This document shows positions 57,062 through 64,000 of a stretch of 64,000 bases of DNA, in pieces (position 1 is the first letter of the stretch; every line of letters starts with the position of its first letter). A model generated the notes under the pieces. That model saw nothing but the letters and a program-made list of their open reading frames with translations. It had not been told where the DNA came from and did no database searches. The DNA is taken from positions 96,001-160,000 of the forward strand of contig CAWJGT010000006.1 of NCBI GenBank assembly GCA_963842525.1, in the 5' to 3' direction. The translations under genes and the position numbers were made by a program. This DNA is from an uncultured Holophagales bacterium (GTDB lineage: Bacteria > Acidobacteriota > Thermoanaerobaculia > Multivoradales > UBA5704).

Positions 57062-57976
57062 ATGCCCATGCGCGTCGTCATCACAGGTGGAACGGGGCTG
57101 ATCGGCAGCGCGGTCGCACGGGATCTGGGGGCTGCCGGGCACGACGCCGTCATCCTCACCCGGAACCTGGGTAAGACGGGGACGTTGCCGCCCGGGGTGC
57201 GGGCTGCGCAGTGGGACGGCAGGACTGCCGAAGGCTGGAAGACCCTCCTCGACGGCCAGACCGCAATCGTCCACCTGGCAGGGGATGCCATCGCTTCCGG
57301 ACGCTGGACGGCGGAGAAGAAGCGGCGCATCCGCGACAGCCGTGTTGCCTCGGGCGGCGCGGTGCTCCAGGCGATTCGCGAGGCGAAGGAGAAGCCGCTG
57401 GCTCTTCTCCAGGGGTCCGCGGTCGGCTACTACGGACCACGCGGCGACGAGCCGGTCGGGGAGGATGCGCCGCCCGGAAACGACTTCCTGGCCGATGTCT
57501 GCAAGGAGTGGGAGGCCTCGACCGCCGAGGCCGAGGCGCTCGGCGTCCGGCGCGCCATGCTGCGCACCGGCATCGTGCTCGCCCGCGAGGGGGGTGCCCT
57601 GCCTCGCATGGCCATGCCGTTCCGGCTCGGGATCGGCGGCCCGGTCGGTAACGGCCGGCAGTGGTTTCCCTGGATCCACCTCGCCGACGAGGTGGGAGCG
57701 ATCCGCTTTCTCCTCCAACATGAAGACGCTCGCGGCCCCTTCAACTTCACCGCCCCCAACCCGGTGACCAACCGCGAGCTCAGCCGCAGCCTGGGCCGGG
57801 TCCTGAGCCGGCCGAGCTTCCTGCCGGTGCCGGGGTTCGCCCTCCGCATCGCCTTCGGCGAGCTGGCCGACACCCTGCTCCAGGGGCAGCGGGCTATCCC
57901 CTCGCGCCTCCTGGCGCTGGGCTACGTCTTCCAATATCCGGAGGTCGAGCCGGCGCTCAAGAGCCTGCTGGATTGA
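57062..57976 (+). CDS. TIGR01777-family NAD-dependent epimerase/oxidoreductase
   Basis: ITGGTGLIG, RWT..KK.I.DSR, SAVGYYG, FLADVCKEWE, GRQWFPWIH. Confidence 0.9.
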   Translation: MPMRVVITGGTGLIGSAVARDLGAAGHDAVILTRNLGKTGTLPPGVRAAQWDGRTAEGWKTLLDGQTAIVHLAGDAIASGRWTAEKKRRIRDSRVASGGAVLQAIREAKEKPLALLQGSAVGYYGPRGDEPVGEDAPPGNDFLADVCKEWEASTAEAEALGVRRAMLRTGIVLAREGGALPRMAMPFRLGIGGPVGNGRQWFPWIHLADEVGAIRFLLQHEDARGPFNFTAPNPVTNRELSRSLGRVLSRPSFLPVPGFALRIAFGELADTLLQGQRAIPSRLLALGYVFQYPEVEPALKSLLD

Positions 57977-57978
57977 CG

Positions 57979-58446
57979 ATGCCGGAGGCGATCCGCCAGG
58001 GGGACATCCCCGGAGTCCAACTGCGACGCCGCCAGGACCTGCCCCTCTCTCCCCAGGAGGCCTGGCGCTGGCTGGTCGAGCCGGACCTCCTCGTGCGCTG
58101 GCTGGCCGGGGAGGCCGAGGTGTCCGAAGGGGAGCTCCGGCTCCAGGGCAACCTCTCCTTGCCGGCAGACCCGGACCCGTCGGTCTGGCGCGAGCGGGGG
58201 AGGACGATCGAGCAGGTCCCGCCCCGGCTCTGGGTGCTCGCTTTCGAAAGGTTGGACGCCGGCTGGACCGCCGCCACCCGCCTCACCCTGCGGGTCCATC
58301 CCCATCCGTCCGGCAGCGAGATCGACGTGCTCCAGGACGGCTTCCAGCACCTTCAGCTCTCGATCGGCCTCACCGTCTGGGAAGCCTACCGCCGCCGCTG
58401 GCGCGACGCCCTCGCCCGCCTGGCCGAAGCGGTGCTGGACACATAG
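57979..58446 (+). CDS. SRPBCC (AHSA1-like) domain protein
   Basis: SPQEAWRWLVEPDLLVRW...PPRLWVL...W..AL.RL. Confidence 0.75.
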   Translation: MPEAIRQGDIPGVQLRRRQDLPLSPQEAWRWLVEPDLLVRWLAGEAEVSEGELRLQGNLSLPADPDPSVWRERGRTIEQVPPRLWVLAFERLDAGWTAATRLTLRVHPHPSGSEIDVLQDGFQHLQLSIGLTVWEAYRRRWRDALARLAEAVLDT

Positions 58447-58458
58447 GGGGGTGAGGAC

Positions 58459-58487
58459 AAAAAGGCCCCGGTATCAACCGGGGCCTC
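58459..58487. terminator. Intrinsic terminator-like hairpin between convergent genes
   Basis: AAAAAGGCCCCGGT-ATCA-ACCGGGGCCT; the A tract gives a U tail on the minus strand after the TonB receptor gene. Confidence 0.65.
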
Positions 58488-58547
58488 GTACGTCGCTCCC
58501 TTTCTCCCTCTCTCCCGGTACGGGGGAGAGGGTTGGGGGGAGGGGGT

Positions 58548-61508
58548 CTAGAACCGCAGGCCGACCGAGAACCTGAAGGTCCGCGGCTGCTGGTAGAAGT
58601 CTTCGGCGCCATCCGGGACATCACCGAAGTTGGGGCCCTTGGCCCAGTGGATGCCCTCGACCGGGTTGTCGGTCAGCGGGTTGAACGGCCTCATGGTCGC
58701 GTTGTTCGTCGCGGTGAGCAGCGTGGTGTCCACCCGGAGCTTCCCGTGCTCGTTGAGGACGTTCAAGACCTCGGGCTGGAGGAACACTTCGACGTCTTGG
58801 CCGAACGTCTTCCACTGGAAGGAATAGTTCAACGACAGGTCCGTCGCGGTGATGGTGTCGGTGTGGTAGGCGTCGCGCGCCGAGAAGAAGTACACCACGT
58901 TCGCGGGCGGGACCGCATAGCCGGGATTGGGCAGGCCGTTGGGCAGCGCCGCTCTCAGCTTCGGATCCACGTTCCCCACGGCACCGTAGGGAACACCCGA
59001 GAAGTAGTTCTGCAGCAGGCTGACGGAGAGCTTGTGGTGGTCGTGGCGGACGAGCTCGTACAGACCCCACAAGCGGAACCGGTGCCGCTGGTCGGTGGAG
59101 AGATCGCCCGACGGGCTGTTCCACGACGCGTCCTTGTACTCGGGGAACTGCTGGATCACCGAGGCGACGGGTCCGTTGGCCGCGGTCTCGCCGTCGAAGT
59201 TGCCGCGCAGATGGGACCAGGTCCAGGTGCCGCCGACGTTGAAGCGGTCCGTAGGCCGGACCTGGAACTGGGTGTGCAGGCCGTCGTACTCCCGCTCGAT
59301 CCCGTCGTCGCTGTTCGCCAGCACGGTGCGGTTGCCGCCGAACGGGCCGACGCTGGTCTGGACGTTCACCCTGCCGGTCGTGAGGTCGGTGCGCAGGGCG
59401 TAGAAGCTCTTTGCCTTGCGGCGGACATAGTCGGTGCGGATCACGCCACGGCGGCCGAGCCGCTTGGCAAGGCCGGCGGAGATCTCTTCGGTGTAGGGCG
59501 ACTCGAGCGAGCCTTCGATGACCGTGGTCACGCCCGGAAGGTTGATGAAGCGGACGTTGGCCGCGCCGAAGCCGCCGGTGTCGTACCAGTTGAAGACCCT
59601 GGCGATCGCCTCCTCGGCGGAGACCAGGTTGGGCGCGTTGGGGTCGGCGTTGATGTCCGGTCCGCGGTAGAAGAACTGGAAGGCGGCCGGGTTGCCGCCG
59701 GCCGAGGAGGCGTCGCCCTGGTTGTTGGCGAGCGAGGCCACGTAATGGCCGTAGTTGAGGTGGAAGACCCAGTTGCCATCCGCCTTCGGGTCAAAGGCCA
59801 GCCCGAGGCGCGGACTGACCCGCTTGTCGTCCGCCACCTTCTGGCCCGCGGCGTTCTTGCCGTCGTTGGCGTCATAGCGCAGGCCGAGGTTGAAGCTCCA
59901 ATGGTTGTTCAGGCGCCACTTGTCGTTGAGGAAGTACGAATTGGTGACGAAGTCGGTGCCCTGGCTGGCGATGTCGATCGGGTTCCATTGGATGAAGGTG
60001 GCGTTGTTGCCGCTGATCAGGCGCGGAAAGAGCTGGCCGTTGCGGATGATCGTGCTGGTGGTGATGATGCGGAAGTCGCTGCCCGACTGATGGTTGTCGG
60101 CCACGCGGATGTCGTTGAAGCGGTCGTAGCCGAAGGAGACGTCGTGCGAGCCGACGGACTCGGAGGACAGGAACCAAGAGCCCTTGGCGAGGATGTTCTC
60201 GTTGTCGCGCTCCTCGGGCCGGCACACGCCGCAGAACGTCGGGCTCCACCAGCGGTAGCCGAAGGTGCCATCGACCAGCAGCGTGCCCCTGATGCGGTCG
60301 GTGAAGCGGGAGCCGGAGTTCTCGAACGTGAACGCGCGCTGCGAGTATTGGCCCTCGACGAAGAAGTTGTCGGTGAGGACGCCGGTGTAGTTGAGGGCCA
60401 TCAGCTCCTGCGGCAGGGTCCGATCGACCAGGCTTGCCAGGTCCAGGATCTCGGGCTGGAACCGGTTGCCGAGCTCCTCCTCATCGATCTTGATGTAGGA
60501 GCCGATCAGGCGGTGGCCCGCGAAGGGCGAGAGGGTCAGCTTGCCTTCGTACCGCTGCTCGTCGGAGATGTGAGGGAACGCAATGTCGGTGAGGAAGGTC
60601 TGGAAGTTCTCTTCCTCATTGAAGTCGCGGCCGGCGAGGAAGTACCAGATCTTGTCCTTCCAGAGATAGCCGCCGAGCGTGGCCTCGTACCGCTTGTTGA
60701 CCTTGTCCGCCAGCTCGTCGGTGGTCGGCGTCTTGGCCTCCCAGCTCTCGTTGGTGAAGGCGGTGCGGAAGGTCCCGTGCATCTCGTTGCCGCCGGACTT
60801 GGTGAGGACGTTGACCACGCCGCCGCCGAAGCGGCCGTATTCAGCCGAGATCCCCGACACCGAGGTCGTCGTCTCCTCGAGGGCGTCCTCGATGAACAGG
60901 CTGAGCGGTTGGCCGCGCAGGTTCTCGTTGATCACCACGCCATTGACCAGGAACAGGCTCTCGTACGAGAGGGAGCCCGCGATGCTGATGCCGGCCCGGC
61001 GGGGGTTGCCGCCCGGTCCGGTACTGGAGACACCGGGGGTCAGCAGCACGGCTTCGCGGATCTCGCGCTCGACCGGCAGCGCTTCGACGAAGCTTTTCTC
61101 ATAGGTCGACGAGGCCTGCGGCGTCGTCGAGATCGTCTCGTAGGTCCCGGTGACCACGATCTCCTCCGACACGGACGAAGGCGACATGTCCGCATCGAGC
61201 TGCGTGTTCTGGGCCGCCGAGATCTTCACATCCTGCTGGGGCGAGAGGAACCCCTCCAGCTCGAAGCTGATCCGGTAGGGGCCCGGCGGCAGGAAGGGAA
61301 TTGTGTAATCTCCGTTCTCGCTGGTGGTCGCGGTCCGGGTCCCCTGCAGGCTCGGGGAGGAGGCTGTCACCAGCACTCCGGGCAGCGCTTCTCCGTCGGC
61401 CGTCATCACCCGGCCCGACAGAGTGCCTGTCGGAACGCCCTGGGAGACCGCCGGCAGAGCCATCAGCAGAGCGCAGAGCAGGCTCAGGACGAAGGCTCTG
61501 ACTCTCAT
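58548..61508 (-). CDS. TonB-dependent receptor (Oar-like, N-terminal carboxypeptidase-regulatory-like domain)
   Basis: Signal peptide, GTLSGRV..LPGVLVT, SAEYGRFGGGVVNVLTKSG, SPRLG, C-terminal PRTFRFSVGLRF. Confidence 0.93.
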   Translation of the reverse strand: MRVRAFVLSLLCALLMALPAVSQGVPTGTLSGRVMTADGEALPGVLVTASSPSLQGTRTATTSENGDYTIPFLPPGPYRISFELEGFLSPQQDVKISAAQNTQLDADMSPSSVSEEIVVTGTYETISTTPQASSTYEKSFVEALPVEREIREAVLLTPGVSSTGPGGNPRRAGISIAGSLSYESLFLVNGVVINENLRGQPLSLFIEDALEETTTSVSGISAEYGRFGGGVVNVLTKSGGNEMHGTFRTAFTNESWEAKTPTTDELADKVNKRYEATLGGYLWKDKIWYFLAGRDFNEEENFQTFLTDIAFPHISDEQRYEGKLTLSPFAGHRLIGSYIKIDEEELGNRFQPEILDLASLVDRTLPQELMALNYTGVLTDNFFVEGQYSQRAFTFENSGSRFTDRIRGTLLVDGTFGYRWWSPTFCGVCRPEERDNENILAKGSWFLSSESVGSHDVSFGYDRFNDIRVADNHQSGSDFRIITTSTIIRNGQLFPRLISGNNATFIQWNPIDIASQGTDFVTNSYFLNDKWRLNNHWSFNLGLRYDANDGKNAAGQKVADDKRVSPRLGLAFDPKADGNWVFHLNYGHYVASLANNQGDASSAGGNPAAFQFFYRGPDINADPNAPNLVSAEEAIARVFNWYDTGGFGAANVRFINLPGVTTVIEGSLESPYTEEISAGLAKRLGRRGVIRTDYVRRKAKSFYALRTDLTTGRVNVQTSVGPFGGNRTVLANSDDGIEREYDGLHTQFQVRPTDRFNVGGTWTWSHLRGNFDGETAANGPVASVIQQFPEYKDASWNSPSGDLSTDQRHRFRLWGLYELVRHDHHKLSVSLLQNYFSGVPYGAVGNVDPKLRAALPNGLPNPGYAVPPANVVYFFSARDAYHTDTITATDLSLNYSFQWKTFGQDVEVFLQPEVLNVLNEHGKLRVDTTLLTATNNATMRPFNPLTDNPVEGIHWAKGPNFGDVPDGAEDFYQQPRTFRFSVGLRF

Positions 61509-61586
61509 GAAAACCTCTCTTTCCGAAATCGTGCCCCTCGCCTGAATGCGAGAGGGCAACACAGAAGATGAATGACAAACTAACTG

Positions 61587-61601
61587 GCAATTGTCGTGCC
61601 G
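61587..61601 (-). promoter_or_regulatory. Putative sigma-54 promoter of the TonB receptor gene
   Basis: Minus strand reads CGGCACG-ACAA-TTGC, about 80 bp upstream of the ATG. Confidence 0.55.
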
Positions 61602-61731
61602 CGCCGGTCAGAAGTCAACCCTCGATCAAGGTTCCAAACAAGCCGTTCCCGTTCAGGCACTTAGCGGCACAGCGGGCGTGGCGGCCTGCCACTGGCGATC
61701 CAGATTTTTGATTTGATCCGGTAGGTTGGAT

Positions 61732-62976
61732 TCAACGAACAGCGTCCCACCGCTCGCGCAGGGCGGCGGCGACGGCTTCACGAAGAGGCGGCGGCGTGTA
61801 GACGCGGTAGCGGTCGATCCGCGAGAGGTGGCGCATGAAGTGGCTGGCCTCTTCCATCGGCTCCAGCGAGCCGTCGTAGCGCTGGACCAGGACGCGGCTG
61901 CTGCGCATCCGGTGCGGGTCCTTGGCGGAGCGCGAGACCAGGAGATTGCCGGCGCCGAAGCTCCGGACCAGCTCGGGCAGAAGCGACTCGAACCGCTCCT
62001 GCTCCTCGCGCGTCAGGTGCTCCCGCGTCTCGAACGCCACCGGGAAGTGCTCGCGCTGGACGATGGCGCGGGCGTGCAGGCTCGGCGAGCGCCGCATCGC
62101 CGACCAGATGGAGACGTCGTCCTGCTCGAGGAAGGACTCCGGCTCGGCCGCCCAGCGGAGCCCCTCCTCGGTGAGCCACTGGTTGAGGTGGAGCTCCAGG
62201 GCCTTGCCCGTCACGTTGAAATAGACCTGGGTGAACATGTAGTAGCGCGCCATGACCAGCGCCTCGAGCGCGTGGACACCCCCCTCGTCGACGCCGATCC
62301 CCCAGGCGCCGGTCTCCGGGTCCGCGATCGGCAGCATGGTGTCGAGCAGGCGGTCGAGGTCGAAGCTGCCGTAGCGCACGCCGCAGTAGAGACTGTCGCG
62401 CAGCAGGTAGTCCATCTTGTCGACGTCGAGCTCGCCGGAGACGATCTTGGCGAGCAGCCGCTCCTTGGCGTTGCCACCGCCGCCGGCGAGGAGGCGCGCC
62501 ACGTCGGCGGTCGTGAGCCCCTCACCCCAGCGCGCGAAGACCTCCTCGACGTCGGGCAGGGCGAGGAGCCGCCGCGTCATCTCCTCGTGGTCGATCCCCT
62601 CCGCGAACAGCTCTTCGGCCGAGTGGCTGAACGGGGCGTGGCCGACGTCGTGGAGCAGGGCGGCGGCACGGACGAGCCGGCGCTCCCGGCTGTGAGAGCC
62701 GGAGGGGAGCAGCCCGTCGCCCTTGGCGCAGAGGGCGTCGTAGACCCGCCCGGCGAGGTGCATGGCACCGAGCACGTGGCTGAAGCGGCTGTGCTCGGCG
62801 CCGGGGAAGACCAGGAAGGTGAAGCCGAGCTGGTGGATGAAGCGCAGCCGCTGCACCGGCCGGCTCTTGACCAGCGCGGCCTCCAGGGCGTCGGCGCGGA
62901 CGAAGCCGTGGACGGGGTCGCGGAGCGACAACGCTGCGGGTGCGGCGGGTGCGGCAGGTGCGGTCGGGCTCGCCAA
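61732..62976 (-). CDS. HD-domain phosphohydrolase (SAMHD1/dNTPase-like)
   Basis: RDPVHG, QRLRFIHQLG, HSRFSHVLG, LLHDVGHAPFSH, DVDKMDYLLRDS. Confidence 0.92.
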   Translation of the reverse strand: MASPTAPAAPAAPAALSLRDPVHGFVRADALEAALVKSRPVQRLRFIHQLGFTFLVFPGAEHSRFSHVLGAMHLAGRVYDALCAKGDGLLPSGSHSRERRLVRAAALLHDVGHAPFSHSAEELFAEGIDHEEMTRRLLALPDVEEVFARWGEGLTTADVARLLAGGGGNAKERLLAKIVSGELDVDKMDYLLRDSLYCGVRYGSFDLDRLLDTMLPIADPETGAWGIGVDEGGVHALEALVMARYYMFTQVYFNVTGKALELHLNQWLTEEGLRWAAEPESFLEQDDVSIWSAMRRSPSLHARAIVQREHFPVAFETREHLTREEQERFESLLPELVRSFGAGNLLVSRSAKDPHRMRSSRVLVQRYDGSLEPMEEASHFMRHLSRIDRYRVYTPPPLREAVAAALRERWDAVR

Positions 62977-62993
62977 GGTCTCGGGCAGCTCTC

Positions 62994-63686
62994 TCAGTTC
63001 AGCTCGGAACGTTGCGCCAGGTGCCGGAACGGCCGCAGCAGGTCCACCACCTGCGTGCGGTAGCGCAGGATCGACAGCACCGAAAGGCCGCGGTCGGGCA
63101 GCGATTCGGTCAGGAGCTGGAGCTTGCGCAGCACCGGGATGTCGAGCTCGGACGCCAGGCGGTTGACCAGCTCCTCGAAAGGCGGCGTTTCCTCGCCGAG
63201 CTCCTCGACCCTGTCAGGCCCGAGAGGGAAGCTCTCGCCGAGCTCGGACGACAGCGACCGGACCTGCTCGACGATGGCCCGGCGGACGCCGACGATGCCG
63301 GCGTCCTGCTCGTTGAGCCAGGGCTCTTCGATGGGCCGCACCAGGGCCTGCCGGTAGGGCTCGTCGCCCACCTCGCGCTCGAGCTGGAAGCGAAAGTCGC
63401 CATAGAGGAGGACGTTGGCCTTGCCGTCCGGCAGGAGATCGACGTCGACGACCCGGCCGGCGGTGCCGCCGGGGAAGACAGGCGGCCGCCCCTCGTATTC
63501 CTGGACCCAGCCGGGCTTCAGCAGGACCACCCCGATCCACAGCGCCTCCTGCTCCTCTTCGCGCGCCACGAGGTCCTGGACCAGGCGGAGGTAGCGCGGC
63601 TCGGAGACCTGCAGGCGGAGCTCGGTGCGGGGAAAGTGCACCACGTCCGCCAGCGGGAACAGCGGGATGCGGGTCTCGCTCGCCAT
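62994..63686 (-). CDS. LON peptidase substrate-binding (N-terminal) domain protein
   Basis: IPLFPL.DVVHFP..L.L.V.EPRY, LPDG, PYRQA. Confidence 0.85.
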   Translation of the reverse strand: MASETRIPLFPLADVVHFPRTELRLQVSEPRYLRLVQDLVAREEEQEALWIGVVLLKPGWVQEYEGRPPVFPGGTAGRVVDVDLLPDGKANVLLYGDFRFQLEREVGDEPYRQALVRPIEEPWLNEQDAGIVGVRRAIVEQVRSLSSELGESFPLGPDRVEELGEETPPFEELVNRLASELDIPVLRKLQLLTESLPDRGLSVLSILRYRTQVVDLLRPFRHLAQRSELN

Positions 63687-63705
63687 GGAGAAAAGGATAC
63701 CGCAA

Positions 63706-63981
63706 CCTCACCCCCTGTCCCCCTCTCCCATCGCCCTCCCACCGGCCGGGAGAGGGGGGACGTCGTTGAGGCGATCTGCGCGAGGTCGCAGCTGCCCTGC
63801 CATGTCATCCTGAGCGCAGCGAAGGATCTGGGGGTGGGAAGCTCCGTCCGCCCAGATTCTTCGCTGCGCTCAGAATGACTTCGATGGGCGTCAAGCCTCG
63901 ACCTCGCCTTTCAGCCCCAGCCACGTCCCCCCTCTCCCGGCCGGTGGGAGGGCGATGGGAGAGGGGGACAGGGGGTGAGGC
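63706..63981. repeat. CCCCTCTCCC/GGGAGAGGGG palindromic element containing a nested GTCATCCTGAGC-type hairpin
   Basis: Arms 63706-63760 and 63925-63981 are reverse complements; inner gtcatcctgagcgcagcgaaggatctg...cagattcttcgctgcgctcagaatgac at 63804-63879. Confidence 0.85.
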
Positions 63982-64000
63982 CCCTATGTCACAATCCCCC

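Overview
GC-rich bacterial chromosomal window. Gene style (Oar-like TonB receptor, zf-TPR protein, NRPS with repeat-derived inserts) suggests Acidobacteriota, possibly Thermoanaerobaculia; this is inference. It holds the distal part of a hybrid NRPS/PKS cluster (1-14660) and mostly housekeeping genes: tdk, an ECF sigma/anti-sigma pair, glycogen debranching enzyme, rhodanese-SufE, uppS, htpG, a lysine (dap) operon, fabI, manC, trmB-like, an ABC transporter and an HD hydrolase. Accessory elements are a WD40-Roc-COR-metallophosphoesterase gene between two truncated genes, two toxin-antitoxin pairs at a duplicated dapD 3' end, and a class IIC-like group II intron inside a REP-like hairpin. The most unusual observations are: (i) two small secreted peptides sharing a GxGIDPxG motif, one directly upstream of a zinc-finger/TPR protein, a candidate peptide-signalling system; (ii) a ~740 bp symmetric non-coding array of AGCT cores in a 20/20/21 bp rhythm, plus a second ~20 bp-phased tract; (iii) palindromic repeat elements inserted in frame into NRPS/PKS linkers. 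Several genes have single-base frameshifts, often at homopolymers, which are probably sequencing errors. All calls come from reading motifs by eye; no searches were run.
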